Shown piece by piece: positions 18,302 through 28,682 of a DNA stretch of 64,000 nt. How positions within the stretch are numbered: position 1 is the first letter of the stretch; every line of letters begins with the position of its first letter. A program made the position numbers and the translations under genes. The DNA is from a virus (Duplodnaviria > Caudoviricetes). Location: positions 32,001 to 96,000 of the IMG/VR virus record IMGVR_UViG_2816332336_000005; one strand, written 5' to 3'. The notes beneath the pieces are model-generated. The model saw nothing but the letters and a program-made list of their open reading frames with translations, was not told where the DNA came from and ran no database searches.

Positions 18302-18579
18302 CGCGCCCCCTCTCGAATAGCAAAATTGAACCGAAACTCTAAACGTTGTCCCTCGCTAACCGGAACATCCGCCTGCCTCTCCGCAATCAGACCGCCCGTC
18401 TCATCGTACAGTCTTAATGAAGAAACTCGCGTAATCCCTTTGACTGATTCCGTACGTATGGTCACCGTCGCCCCATTCCGGCTAATATTCCGAATAGGTA
18501 CCGTTTGATTATTAAGAACGATAGATGTCGCACGAGTAGCGATATCCTCCGCAATCCTTTCGAGATACCTTCCGTCCAT
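18298..18579 (-). CDS. Baseplate-associated hypothetical protein
   Basis: 93 aa within the tail operon. Confidence 0.65.
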   Translation of the reverse strand: MDGRYLERIAEDIATRATSIVLNNQTVPIRNISRNGATVTIRTESVKGITRVSSLRLYDETGGLIAERQADVPVSEGQRLEFRFNFAIREGAR

Positions 18580-19158
18580 CTATAGCGTCACCTCCCGTTG
18601 CTCCTTACCGATCGTATCCCCGACACGTAACTCGCCAATCGTCCGATATCGCCGTAGATTTACCGTTACCGAATCGACTACTTCGATTACTTCCCGTGGC
18701 ATGGGCGCTAGTACCACATCGACATGAGCCGGCGCCATTTCACGGAGGGCGACGTAGGCATCGTATAGATTCGGTGGGATGTCGCCGCCAATTATGATAA
18801 TGACCGTATACTTGCGTGGCTCCTCCTCGGCCGTGGCGTCGGGGAAGAACGCATCGGCAATGGATTCGAGTACAGCCAATGTAACCGTCCCTGTCCCGCG
18901 TAGCTTAGACTTAATAACGGAGCGCCGCTGTTCGATTGGTTTAGTCAGATCGGTGGGCACTCCGACAACGGCCTCCCATCGCGTAAGACCCCACGTTGCC
19001 GTATCTACGAAGAATTGGTCGGTTAAGTCCCGAATCCCCTCGTGCAGTAACGCAAACTCTTCTGACTCTCGCTCAATTATGTTCTTTATGTGTCGCGACT
19101 CTCCGTAGTGAATCGTCGGTAAAGAGTCAAGCATCCGGCGTTTAATCACGTCATTCAC
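18580..19158 (-). CDS. Baseplate wedge protein XkdU/YmfQ-like (DUF2313)
   Basis: DQFFVDTATWGLTRWE...IEQRRSVIKSKLRGTG...PAHV. Confidence 0.85.
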   Translation of the reverse strand: MNDVIKRRMLDSLPTIHYGESRHIKNIIERESEEFALLHEGIRDLTDQFFVDTATWGLTRWEAVVGVPTDLTKPIEQRRSVIKSKLRGTGTVTLAVLESIADAFFPDATAEEEPRKYTVIIIIGGDIPPNLYDAYVALREMAPAHVDVVLAPMPREVIEVVDSVTVNLRRYRTIGELRVGDTIGKEQREVTL

Positions 19159-20230
19159 TGAGTGTCACCGTCCCTAGTACCGCGATTGAATCGGTGCCTA
19201 TCGTTATATTCTCCTCCGTACCATTGACAGTCAGATCGGCATAGTCAAGTACCGAAGCCGCGCCTCCGATCACGCCGGCAACTCGCGTAAAACGTACAAC
19301 TGAGTCAACTAGCGCGATCTTACCGAGATAATCCGTTAGTGCTTTTGTCACTTCTTCGCGGGCCTCTTCGATGGTGTGGCCGTTCACTAACGTTATCTTT
19401 GCGGTTACATTGATTGTTATTTCGGCTACACCAACGACCGTCACTTCCGCACATGCAGGCCGCTCCTTTTCGATGTAAGACGCTACCTTGTCGGTTAGTT
19501 CTTGGGAGGGTGCCCGCTTCCGATCGTCTAGCAAGACGACTTTTACCGTCCCCGGGCCATCCCACACCTCGTATACTCGCGCATCAGAGATACCAACGAC
19601 ATCAAGCGCCCATTTCCGGTAATGATGACGATTGCCCGACGTGATAGGCTTTCGGACGCGATCGAGATACCGTTCTAGCAGGGCATCGTCTGATTCTTCG
19701 TCGATACCGCCCTCGAAAGGTAGCTCATTCGTTACACCGGTTATCCCTGTAATATTGCCCTGCGTTAGTCTGATTTCGCCAGCACCCACGTTGCCCGATT
19801 TACCACCCTCAGTGGCTTTCGCGGCTAACGTTACGGTACCATTTAAAATGACGCCAGACTCCGTGACTTCGAAATAAATCGGCTCGTCCCCGTCCGTAGA
19901 AACTTCGGTACCTACGGGGATTTCCGTATTCTCATGACCATAAATAGCAACGGTACCTTTAGCCTTTTCCGAGGGCTTTCGGTAGACGCCTAATTCGGCA
20001 CATCTACGCGTTAGCCACCCGTCGTAAGACGACATGGTACCGTCAGTTTTTATCGCGAATCCCTTATCATGTACAGCGTCTAGCTCTAGCCACAACGCCT
20101 CTAGCTCGGGCGCCACGGGAGCCGTCGCATCATACAAGATCGCACCGGGTCGCTTGTCTACGTCCGGCCGAGACCTTCCGAGTATCCGTTCAAGGATCGC
20201 CTCACGCGTTTGTTGTTCGTACACCGTCAC
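19151..20230 (-). CDS. Baseplate J-like protein (XkdT)
   Basis: GGIDEESDDALLERY, SGNRHHYRKWA, WDGPGTVKVV. Confidence 0.92.
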   Translation of the reverse strand: MTVYEQQTREAILERILGRSRPDVDKRPGAILYDATAPVAPELEALWLELDAVHDKGFAIKTDGTMSSYDGWLTRRCAELGVYRKPSEKAKGTVAIYGHENTEIPVGTEVSTDGDEPIYFEVTESGVILNGTVTLAAKATEGGKSGNVGAGEIRLTQGNITGITGVTNELPFEGGIDEESDDALLERYLDRVRKPITSGNRHHYRKWALDVVGISDARVYEVWDGPGTVKVVLLDDRKRAPSQELTDKVASYIEKERPACAEVTVVGVAEITINVTAKITLVNGHTIEEAREEVTKALTDYLGKIALVDSVVRFTRVAGVIGGAASVLDYADLTVNGTEENITIGTDSIAVLGTVTLSE

Positions 20231-20643
20231 ACCTCCTCTACGACATCTAACGTCAGCCCGTCCGTCGTATCAACGTAAAAAGAGACGGTCAATTTGTCCG
20301 CCTCTCGTTCTATCTCAAAGTCGTATACATCGTCTATTCGATCGTCATAAATCAATGCCTCGGTTATGACACGGGGTATCTCCGACCGCAAAAGTTCTAT
20401 TGGTAAATCTTCTCCGATTAAGTCTATGAGTTCACAACCGTACTCGCCGTCGTAGTAGATTGGGAACCTGAACCGCGCCGTCATAATAACCTTGCTGATA
20501 AATTGACGGATGGCCGCCTCGCCGTCGATCATGCCGTCAATATCACCGGTATCAAAGTCCAGCGAATAAGTTAGCGTTGGCTGGACTTCTGGCTCCGATT
20601 GGATCACTCGATCCTCTAGTCGCTGCAACGGACTAAGCGCCAT
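20227..20643 (-). CDS. XkdS-like baseplate protein (DUF2634)
   Basis: AIRQFISKVIMTARFRFPIY...YGCEL...EALIYDDRI. Confidence 0.85.
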   Translation of the reverse strand: MALSPLQRLEDRVIQSEPEVQPTLTYSLDFDTGDIDGMIDGEAAIRQFISKVIMTARFRFPIYYDGEYGCELIDLIGEDLPIELLRSEIPRVITEALIYDDRIDDVYDFEIEREADKLTVSFYVDTTDGLTLDVVEEV

Positions 20644-21076
20644 TATAGATCACCGCCCGATCCTGGATGATATACGTTTGGCCTTCGTCAATAGACTGGA
20701 CGATGACGCGATCGCCCGCTTTCAATTCGTCGGTGAACTCGATTTCCCCTTCGATAACCAACTCCGTGATATCGTGCACGTGTGGCGTATAGCCTGCCTT
20801 CGTCATAACCTCGCGCACTGTCTCACTGGTTAGCGTAACCTTCCGCTTATGCCGCGTCAGATGCTCCGCAACGATCAAGTCTTCCGCTAACAACTCGAGC
20901 TTTTCATCGTTATCGACTGTTACTCGGATAGCTGGCGGAGGAGCAACGACAGTGCCGAGCTCGATATCCACGTCCTTATTGTATCCGATCTGTTGGATGA
21001 GCTGTCGAAACTGACTCGGACCTCCGCCTTCCAGCCGACTAGGCTCTTGGAGTCTTTTTGAGGATTTCGTCGACAA
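20633..21076 (-). CDS. XkdR-like spike protein (DUF2577)
   Basis: GTVVAPPP...LKAGDRVIV...GQTYIIQDR. Confidence 0.82.
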   Translation of the reverse strand: MSTKSSKRLQEPSRLEGGGPSQFRQLIQQIGYNKDVDIELGTVVAPPPAIRVTVDNDEKLELLAEDLIVAEHLTRHKRKVTLTSETVREVMTKAGYTPHVHDITELVIEGEIEFTDELKAGDRVIVQSIDEGQTYIIQDRAVIYNGA

Positions 21077-22106
21077 CTGATTTCCGCCCCTTTCGTTTCT
21101 TTCTTTTCTTCTTCGGCTTGTCTTCCGGTGGTGGGTCGTATTTCAACGTTGGAAGGTCGTCCGTCGCGCTCAACGTAAGTGACATCGTATGTTTGCCGCT
21201 CTCAAACGTGTGACTATCGGTTGAAACGTAGTAACCCCCGATTATCTCCGTCATTGACTCTTGTACGTAGACGCCTACCCCCGCGTACACGGTGTCAATC
21301 CCTAGCGCATTGACGGTCGCCTCGTCGTGTATGGTTCCGAGGTCTTTTAGGAGCTGTTTCGCTAACTGCTCGATTTGGGATCGGGTTTTATCCGAGTCAG
21401 CACTTTCGAGGTGCTGCATGATGCCGAACCGTTTTATGAGTGCGTCGTTTTTGACTACAGCCACCAACGGCTTTTTCTTGTCATCCCCGCCGGTCACTTT
21501 GACTTGCGTTCGTAACTCTTCGATCGACTGCGAGTATGACGCATCCAGTATATTAACGCCGTTTTCGAGTACCCACCGAACAGGCTGTTCTTTTCGCGAT
21601 AACAGATTAAACTTGCCTTCCTTCGAGCAAATAAAAAAGCGCCGTCCGGTCTGCTTCTGCGTAACCGTTAGCGCTGTTATCATCATGTCCCATATGGATT
21701 TATTCCGTAGTACAAGCTTTGGTATTACGTATCCTGTATCGTCAATTTTACCGACTGCAATTCCGAACTGTTTGCATAGTTTTTGTGCGATGGCACTCGC
21801 CTTCAATCCGCGGAATATCTGCGTGTCTTGATTCTTCGCAAGATAGATATTATCGTCGTATGCCGTAACGCTCATGATCCCTCGATCATTGATATTATGC
21901 TTGAACGTCAGACCCCGGAATAGTTCGCGTCCATTACTGTAGAGACGTAACTCCCTGCCGAGTTCTACGGGGACAGCTTTTTTACGGCCGTCCACCGTAT
22001 TTACGAAAGATATTTCTAGGGTACGGGCTGGCTGCGTAATATCGCCGGACCATGTAGCACTTTGAACAACCATAGGCGCGCCGTCATAATGCACTTCCCA
22101 CGTCAT
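21039..22106 (-). CDS. XkdQ/YqbQ-like baseplate hub
   Basis: TWSGDITQPARTL, TAYD...YLAKN, HTMSLTL. Confidence 0.88.
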   Translation of the reverse strand: MTWEVHYDGAPMVVQSATWSGDITQPARTLEISFVNTVDGRKKAVPVELGRELRLYSNGRELFRGLTFKHNINDRGIMSVTAYDDNIYLAKNQDTQIFRGLKASAIAQKLCKQFGIAVGKIDDTGYVIPKLVLRNKSIWDMMITALTVTQKQTGRRFFICSKEGKFNLLSRKEQPVRWVLENGVNILDASYSQSIEELRTQVKVTGGDDKKKPLVAVVKNDALIKRFGIMQHLESADSDKTRSQIEQLAKQLLKDLGTIHDEATVNALGIDTVYAGVGVYVQESMTEIIGGYYVSTDSHTFESGKHTMSLTLSATDDLPTLKYDPPPEDKPKKKRKKRKGRKSVVDEILKKTPRA

Positions 22107-22783
22107 ACTAACACCAACTTCTGACCCGGCTTTATTTTGTTGGGATCGGAACCAACAACGGCTTTGTTCTTGGCGTAGATATCCCGTGACTTAAGCCCGT
22201 ATCTAGCCGCGATCACGGACAGGCAATCGCCTTTCTTTACGACATATGGCTTCGGAATCTGCTTCTTACCGCCTCTTGCGGCCGCCTTTTTCACTTTCGC
22301 CGTGACTGCTGTACCGTTGCCTTTCTTCGCGCCCATGTCGACTTGACGGATGCTTGTAAACTTGTACTCTTTGAGGTCGAGATCATAGTAGATATCACCG
22401 GGCGCACCGTGTTTTTCGGGCACGATATCGAACTTACGGATGGTGACCGCATAGTTTATCGGGGTTCCCGTAATCGTCAGGCGGCACGGCTTCCGGGAGT
22501 CGCGCCACCTCTCTAGCATCTCTCTAGCTGACCACGGATCGGGAAAGCCTTCGTACTCGCAATAGGACGGATGGTAGTCGCGAGGAAAGAACGATGAAAA
22601 CGAAAAGTCTCGCAACTTGGGATTACCGATAATGGTAAATTCGCCTAAGTGCGAGACTTCAACGTCTTGATAGCCGAAATCACTCAATATTTTGATAGAC
22701 TCCGGATTAACCGGAAGTTGCAGGCGTTCCGCCCCGTTATTGTAAGAGAGCCAGAATTGAATACCGTTTGTCATCGTCATCAC
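22103..22783 (-). CDS. XkdP-like tail tube initiator with LysM
   Basis: LPVNPE..., LDLKEYK, C-terminal LysM YVVKKGDCLSVIA...IKPGQKL. Confidence 0.9.
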   Translation of the reverse strand: MMTMTNGIQFWLSYNNGAERLQLPVNPESIKILSDFGYQDVEVSHLGEFTIIGNPKLRDFSFSSFFPRDYHPSYCEYEGFPDPWSAREMLERWRDSRKPCRLTITGTPINYAVTIRKFDIVPEKHGAPGDIYYDLDLKEYKFTSIRQVDMGAKKGNGTAVTAKVKKAAARGGKKQIPKPYVVKKGDCLSVIAARYGLKSRDIYAKNKAVVGSDPNKIKPGQKLVLV

Positions 22784-22805
22784 CTCTTTTACACTTGCTC
22801 GTTAA

Positions 22806-24764
22806 TTAACAAACCTCTACCAACCGTTGCGCTATACCTAGAGTAATCTTGTCAATATCAGCTTCTTCTCTTACAGTCGCATGCACATTAATCGTAATAT
22901 TATTAGAAGCATGACTAGAACCACTTTCGCTCACAGGTTCTCGTCTATCGACAGGTGGCTCAGACGCCTCTTCCTTGCTGGCTCGGTTCTCCTCTGCGGT
23001 CATTACCCTTTCGCCTTTATGCAAACGAGCTTGGTAGCCGTCAAATGGCACGTAGTCAAGGCCACTGTAGTGAGAACCATCGTCCCCGACGCCTATATTG
23101 CGACGCTCACGAAAATCTCTCATCTTCTCTTGTTGAAGCGAGTAATCCATTTCGACTGCGGTTATTTTCGGGATATTGAGCGTGAACTCCTCGTCACTGA
23201 AAGGCATTTTAAAGCTAAACGCCTGATTCATCGCGTCAATTAGCGTGTTCAATTTCCCGATTACCCAGTTCACTCCGGTCGCGAACCCGTTTTTGATAGT
23301 GACCCACATGGAATGGCCCGCTTCTTTTACGGTCTCCCAGTTTTTAACGAGTAGATATCCTGCGCCGATTAACGTACCTATCCCGACTACTACAAGCCCT
23401 ATCGGGTTAGCGCTAGCTGCGGTATTAAACGCCCATTGTGCGGCTGTTGCCGTTAACATTACGGCCTTATAAGTAGCCCATGCCGTAGTAGCTCCGACAA
23501 CCAATGGTCCCACGATTTCTAAGACGTCTTTAGTTGTTTTCCCCCACTTTTGCGCCTCTTTACTTCCGAACCACTTGTTGAAGACAGAAGCCGCATTTGC
23601 TCCTTTATCTGCGAGGTCTCTTAGGGTAGGAAGCATCGGTGTGAATATTTCTATCTTTAACCCTTCCAGCGCGGATTCCAACTCAACAAGCGAGCCGTTA
23701 AAGTTATCGAGTTGGATTTTCGATACTCTTCCGGCTGTCCCGGCGCTATTCTCCAGCTCTTTCGTAAACTTCCGTAGCTTATCGGGGCCCGCGTCCATTA
23801 ACGCTAGAAATCCGCTACCAGCTTCCATACCCGCGATTATACCAGAAAGCGCCGTTTTCTGTTCGCTGGTCATGCCTTTCATCGCGTTCTGGAGGTCTCC
23901 AAGGATCGTGGCAAGCGATTTCATCTTGCCTCCGCTATCAAACAGTTTAACGCCAAGCTTATCGAACGCTTCTGCCGCTTCTTTCGGAGGTTTCGCAAAA
24001 CGGGCGAATAGTCCCCGTAACGTAGTACCCGCTTGTTCCGCTTGGATACCCGCATTACCGAGAATACCTGCCGCGGCAGCCGTTTCTTCTAACGACACAC
24101 CGAGCGCTTTCGCCCAAGGAGCCGCGTACTTCATCGTGTAACCGAGCATTTGAAGGTCAACGTTAGCTGACGTAAAGGCCTTCGTAAGCACGTCGGCCAC
24201 ACGTCCTGTATCTCCTGCCGCGATACCAAAGCCGGAGAGGATATTCGAAACGATATCGGCGGTTGTTCCGAGGTCTGTCTGGCCCGCCGCAGCCGCATCG
24301 AGAAGCCCGGGCATGGCCGAGATTATCTCGTTGGTCTTATAGCCCGCCATCGCGAGAAACTGCATACCTTCGGCGGCTTGGCTTGCGCTAAAGACCGTAG
24401 AGGCGCCGAGTTCTTTTGCTTTCGTGGTTAGTTTCGCCAGGTCTCCGGCGCTAGCGCTTGAAAGTGCTGCTACACGGGACATTGAGCTTTCGAAGTCAGC
24501 CGCCGTTTTGATTCCGTCAAAGGCCGTACCGACAGCGACTACTGCGCCCGCCACCATTTTAAGCTTGCCGAGAAGATTCGGAAGTCCACCCGAGAAATTG
24601 TTTAGCGATTGAGTTGCGGCATTCTGAGAATTACGATAGGAGCCGGTAGTTGCTGCAATCTTTTTCACCGATAAGTTCGTCCGATCGAGTTCCGAAGACA
24701 CTCGGCGGAGGGTCGGGGTCATCACGTCCACAATCCGTAACCGGCCGACTAGATCAAACGCCAC
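22806..24764 (-). CDS. Tape measure protein (TP901 family)
   Basis: FSASQAAEGMQFLAMAGY core motif; ARLHKGERVMTA. Confidence 0.93.
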   Translation of the reverse strand: MAFDLVGRLRIVDVMTPTLRRVSSELDRTNLSVKKIAATTGSYRNSQNAATQSLNNFSGGLPNLLGKLKMVAGAVVAVGTAFDGIKTAADFESSMSRVAALSSASAGDLAKLTTKAKELGASTVFSASQAAEGMQFLAMAGYKTNEIISAMPGLLDAAAAGQTDLGTTADIVSNILSGFGIAAGDTGRVADVLTKAFTSANVDLQMLGYTMKYAAPWAKALGVSLEETAAAAGILGNAGIQAEQAGTTLRGLFARFAKPPKEAAEAFDKLGVKLFDSGGKMKSLATILGDLQNAMKGMTSEQKTALSGIIAGMEAGSGFLALMDAGPDKLRKFTKELENSAGTAGRVSKIQLDNFNGSLVELESALEGLKIEIFTPMLPTLRDLADKGANAASVFNKWFGSKEAQKWGKTTKDVLEIVGPLVVGATTAWATYKAVMLTATAAQWAFNTAASANPIGLVVVGIGTLIGAGYLLVKNWETVKEAGHSMWVTIKNGFATGVNWVIGKLNTLIDAMNQAFSFKMPFSDEEFTLNIPKITAVEMDYSLQQEKMRDFRERRNIGVGDDGSHYSGLDYVPFDGYQARLHKGERVMTAEENRASKEEASEPPVDRREPVSESGSSHASNNITINVHATVREEADIDKITLGIAQRLVEVC

Positions 24765-24766
24765 GA

Positions 24767-24946
24767 TTAGCCACCCCCTTCCCTATTCAACGCCGCAGTC
24801 TCGTCTTCAACGGCCACCTCTGTGGAGGCGTACATAAAGATACGCTCACCTCTCGGCGCGTTATAAATGTAGGCCGGCGGGAGGCCTTGTCGTTGGAATA
24901 TTGTGTGTATAACGAAAGCCTCGCCTCCCGCGCGTATTAGTTTTTT
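24767..24946 (-). other. -1 programmed frameshift extension of the tail assembly chaperone
   Basis: Slippery A AAA AAC at 24946-24940 before the stop; the -1 frame stays open (KLIRAGGEAFVIHTIFQRQG...) to 24767. Confidence 0.8.
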
Positions 24947-25302
24947 ACTTGGTCAACCGCTGCCCCAATGTCGTACCCAGATAAGTCTAAAATCTCAGAG
25001 ACAAGCTTAATCCTTTCACCCGGAAGTAACGTCTTTTCAACAACTTTTACAGGGTCTTGTGTCTCATATTTCGCGAGTAAATCCGGATGTGACCAGTCTG
25101 GTTCGATCGTTGCTTTTTGTATCATTATTAGGGCTTTCTTAGTCTGATCGACCGTCTTCCCAAACGTCGCTCTTTCTTGGCTATCTTCGATTTCTTGATC
25201 ATCAAGAGCACGGATACGGAATGTCCCAAATCGTTTCAGTGGCACTTCTTTTTCGGGTTTTTTATCAGCATCAAGCAGGGCTTTTAATAGATCGTCTGTC
25301 AT
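24937..25302 (-). CDS. Tail assembly chaperone XkdN-like
   Basis: LLPGERIKLVSEILDLSGY...VDQVKN. Confidence 0.88.
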   Translation of the reverse strand: MTDDLLKALLDADKKPEKEVPLKRFGTFRIRALDDQEIEDSQERATFGKTVDQTKKALIMIQKATIEPDWSHPDLLAKYETQDPVKVVEKTLLPGERIKLVSEILDLSGYDIGAAVDQVKN

Positions 25303-25321
25303 GTAATCATCCCCCTAATTT

Positions 25322-25768
25322 TTACTTCTCTTCAATGAAATCTAGGAACTCGTAATCTTCAAAAACAAAAGGCCACTCCGTCTCGACGGGTGACCCATGC
25401 TCAAATTTCATTACATCAATTTTGGTAAACTGGACGCCCTTTGCGAGTACTCGCTCGGCACCGTATGCCTCGGGATCATCGAGTTTCATAACGAGCTGGC
25501 AAACGAAGGCCCCGGCACGGTCGTCCATGATCTGTCCTATCTTACGAGCAAATGCGGACGATATCTTGTATCCGCGAATAGAACCGGTACACTCGATACT
25601 CATCGGCTTGTTCCCGGCTTTGCGACTACCGGATCGCTTAATCTTTTCGTATTGAATCTCGACGGATAACTCACCCGCATTGAAGTTCGCCAGCCACACT
25701 CCGTCCATCCAGATTTCGCCGAACGAACCACTTAGGACGCGGTTGGATTCTAGTAAATTTTTCGCCAT
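25322..25768 (-). CDS. Tail tube protein XkdM-like
   Basis: VLSGSFGEIWMDG, KLDDPEAYGAERV, EWPFVFEDYE. Confidence 0.9.
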   Translation of the reverse strand: MAKNLLESNRVLSGSFGEIWMDGVWLANFNAGELSVEIQYEKIKRSGSRKAGNKPMSIECTGSIRGYKISSAFARKIGQIMDDRAGAFVCQLVMKLDDPEAYGAERVLAKGVQFTKIDVMKFEHGSPVETEWPFVFEDYEFLDFIEEK

Positions 25769-25782
25769 CTATACTTACCTCC

Positions 25783-26820
25783 CTATACGTGGATTCGTAG
25801 GAAGATGCGTTCCATACTATCGGTCTCTGTATAAGCGATGTACAAATATACCGCGTCTCCCTTCGATTCAAATTCGGGGTCTAACGTTACAACGGGGTCT
25901 TCGAGGACATTCGCTTTACCTAATCGTTCTAGGTACGCTTTGATCGCCGCAATTAAGGCCGCCTGCCCGTCTCGGTTGTTATCAAGTTTGCCGATGTATT
26001 CACTCGCGGCTGTTTTCACGATGTCCGTGCTAATCGCCTGTCGTCCGCGAATCTTGCGTATCTTGGCACCGCTTGTTAATTGCCCTTTTTCCACGATCAC
26101 GTAATCACCGTTGTGTACGAGGACAAGCGAACCCGCTTCGAGCGCTTCGTCGATCTGTGCGTTCGTAAGACGCTTATTAACGTCGTCTAACGGTAGTCTT
26201 GCGTACGTAATCGACTTATTGATCGGTGTACCTGCGATTAAGCCGGCAATGTACGGTGCGTACTCACCTGACGGGTACTCTTTGCCGTTGACTACGCCGC
26301 CGACAATCAGGTTAGCTACATAGCTATCCGCTATCTTCTTACTGCGCGCGTTCCCTACTTTCGGGTCAGCGTCATCTGCCGCCGTACCGCCTGTGACGTA
26401 TACGAAATGCTTGCCTTCCGTACGATTGCGTTTCACCCACGCTACTGTCGCGTCAATTTCAGCCGAATCCACAGATCCGTCGTATGCAAACACGTTAAAT
26501 GTTCGTGTATCAAAGGAATCGCGCATCTCGATAAATGCCTCTGCCGCTTGCTCCTTCGGCATGGTGTATACGAGCACTTGCTTTGCGCCGCCTTGCAATA
26601 CGAAACGAATGGACTGAATATTGGTGACGCCGAACAAGTCAACCGCTTGCTTTTCGGTCTCAATCGTGTAGAACGTCTTTTCTGTCGCTTTTGCTCCGTA
26701 CTTCATAAGTGGAATTGCAACAATACCACGAGCACCGCCTCGAATCTGTGATGCCGCGGCTTCCACGTACATCAAATAGAGCCCGGGACGGGTCGGCTCA
26801 TTAAGTGGGTCCCATTCCAT
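25783..26820 (-). CDS. Tail sheath protein XkdK-like
   Basis: RPGLY, RGIVAIP, SITY, KIRKIR, YIGKLDN, DSMERI. Confidence 0.9.
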   Translation of the reverse strand: MEWDPLNEPTRPGLYLMYVEAAASQIRGGARGIVAIPLMKYGAKATEKTFYTIETEKQAVDLFGVTNIQSIRFVLQGGAKQVLVYTMPKEQAAEAFIEMRDSFDTRTFNVFAYDGSVDSAEIDATVAWVKRNRTEGKHFVYVTGGTAADDADPKVGNARSKKIADSYVANLIVGGVVNGKEYPSGEYAPYIAGLIAGTPINKSITYARLPLDDVNKRLTNAQIDEALEAGSLVLVHNGDYVIVEKGQLTSGAKIRKIRGRQAISTDIVKTAASEYIGKLDNNRDGQAALIAAIKAYLERLGKANVLEDPVVTLDPEFESKGDAVYLYIAYTETDSMERIFLRIHV

Positions 26821-26834
26821 CGCGTTACCTCCTT

Positions 26835-27281
26835 TTATCGGGCCTCAAACCGCCCGTATACGTGCATAATCTTGTCGTACTGTTCTTGCGTTCTTGCCTC
26901 GCGTACCTCCGTTGATAACACCCCAAGCCGTGCGTAGAGACCGCCCTCCGTCTTGAATGCCGTTGAAAAAGAAAAAGACCCGATACGGATAAACCGCTTC
27001 GAGTCTTTCATTGGGATTAATGTAGTTCCATCGTTTACTTTACGTTCGATCACGTCCATTTTGGCTAGGACATCCTGCGCATCAACACCGTATACCACGA
27101 TCTGATAGTCGCGATCAATCCGGTAGTGATAGCGCGTCTCAGACTCAGACCCGGAGGACAGGAGCCGGACGACTACGTTATTTTTCGCTGGCTTGTCAGG
27201 TACTTCGTATTTCAACGCGATCGAAGGCAATGCCGCCTTTATAAACTCACCCACTGATTCTTGCTCAACGAGTGCGGACAT
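26835..27281 (-). CDS. Tail terminator/neck protein
   Basis: Synteny before the sheath, 148 aa. Confidence 0.7.
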   Translation of the reverse strand: MSALVEQESVGEFIKAALPSIALKYEVPDKPAKNNVVVRLLSSGSESETRYHYRIDRDYQIVVYGVDAQDVLAKMDVIERKVNDGTTLIPMKDSKRFIRIGSFSFSTAFKTEGGLYARLGVLSTEVREARTQEQYDKIMHVYGRFEAR

Positions 27282-27294
27282 CGTACCACCTCCG

Positions 27295-27711
27295 TTAGAA
27301 ACCTAGTTTCTGGACTTCCGCTTTTACTCCGTCTTCAATGTCTTTTAGCCACTTCTGCTTATGTTCGTCGGCCGGAGCATCTATAAACTTCGCAACAGTG
27401 CCGGGAGTTGTCGGATTCTTGATGTCGCCTTTTACCTCGTGAATGTAGTAAGCGTAATTAAAATTCGGCCACTTGGGTGTGTTTTCTATTGCAACGGCCG
27501 AAATCTCACCGCTTACCTCACCGTTTTTCTGCCGGACTTCCGTACTAATGCCGCGCCGTAACGTGCCTTTGTCTAAAGGAGCAACGTCTACTGATTCCGC
27601 TTTCCACTCGTCCATAGCATCGTGCATACCGCGTTTGGTCGCGGCGAATACGACCTCGGGCGTTCGCTGAATCGCGTCCTTAAATGCCCGCATGTCAAAT
27701 TCGAATTCCAT
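27295..27711 (-). CDS. HK97 gp10-like neck protein
   Basis: APLDKGTLRRGI, YAYYIHE. Confidence 0.8.
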   Translation of the reverse strand: MEFEFDMRAFKDAIQRTPEVVFAATKRGMHDAMDEWKAESVDVAPLDKGTLRRGISTEVRQKNGEVSGEISAVAIENTPKWPNFNYAYYIHEVKGDIKNPTTPGTVAKFIDAPADEHKQKWLKDIEDGVKAEVQKLGF

Positions 27712-27713
27712 AG

Positions 27714-28079
27714 TTACAGTGACACCTCCGTTAAGATAGGCTTGCCGCCAATACCACGTTTAATCTCAATCGCTAACGGGCTATACTGGCGTACTCTGCC
27801 GAGCTCGTCGGTAAACTCGATCCGGTCGCTGATCGAAATAGGTGCTAGTCTGTCGCAAAGTACCTGTGCAGAGGACACGACTTCTTGCGAAGTAACGCCG
27901 TGTACACCGCCCTGATTCGTCTGTGCCCGAACAAGCTTCGTCTTCTCCTGTATCCGGCAACGCAACGAAAAAGGATCGCCGTATACCGGTCGATCCCATT
28001 CGTCTGTCTTCGGATTGCCCTCGTCGTCTAACAACGCAGGGTAAACCGTTATCTTGTTTCGCATCGGCACCAAAGGCAC
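27714..28079 (-). CDS. Head closure protein
   Basis: DEWDRPVY..., QEVVSSAQV; synteny. Confidence 0.7.
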   Translation of the reverse strand: MPLVPMRNKITVYPALLDDEGNPKTDEWDRPVYGDPFSLRCRIQEKTKLVRAQTNQGGVHGVTSQEVVSSAQVLCDRLAPISISDRIEFTDELGRVRQYSPLAIEIKRGIGGKPILTEVSL

Positions 28080-28463
28080 TTATAACACGCTCCATCCTAC
28101 GCCGCGATTCCCGAGCTTCACGTCATTTTCCGCCCCGATTAGTTCACGACTTATTGGCGGTATCAGATCGGCTAGTTCTCTCGGTTTGTCGCGGAATGTA
28201 AAGGATGCTACACCGGATAACGAAAACGCACTGACGCCGTTATGGGCTTGCCGTAACGTGTCGTTAAACTCTCGGGCCAATACTGCCGCGAACTCATATA
28301 CAGCCGCATCCGGTACTGTATATTTCGGATATGCGGACGCTAGTGTACGTGACGCGACGTTAATTATCCGTTGTTTTCTCGCTTCGTCACAATCCGCCCA
28401 ATCTTCGATATCAATAACATTTACGTCAATATAATCGTCTGCGGCTTCGATTGATAACGTCAT
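28080..28463 (-). CDS. Head-tail adaptor
   Basis: SIEAADDY...W...KQRIINVASR..., SLSGVASFT; synteny. Confidence 0.72.
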   Translation of the reverse strand: MTLSIEAADDYIDVNVIDIEDWADCDEARKQRIINVASRTLASAYPKYTVPDAAVYEFAAVLAREFNDTLRQAHNGVSAFSLSGVASFTFRDKPRELADLIPPISRELIGAENDVKLGNRGVGWSVL

Positions 28464-28481
28464 AAGGAAACACCTCCGTTT

Positions 28482-28667
28482 TTATTCGGAGGCTTTGCCG
28501 CGTCCCTTTTTGGCGGGTTCCTCCGTTTTTGTTTCGTCCATGTATCCGTAATTGTTTACGAGTACATCACGGGTCACTACGTCCTTAACCTCTGCTACCC
28601 CGTTGACAAACGGCACCCCCTCGGTAATGCCGTTATACTTATCATTTGGCGTTTTAATCGTATACAA
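28482..28667 (-). CDS. Small virion-associated protein
   Basis: YNGITEGVPFVNGVAE; follows the capsid gene. Confidence 0.7.
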   Translation of the reverse strand: MYTIKTPNDKYNGITEGVPFVNGVAEVKDVVTRDVLVNNYGYMDETKTEEPAKKGRGKASE

Positions 28668-28682
28668 GGTCGCACCTCCTTA

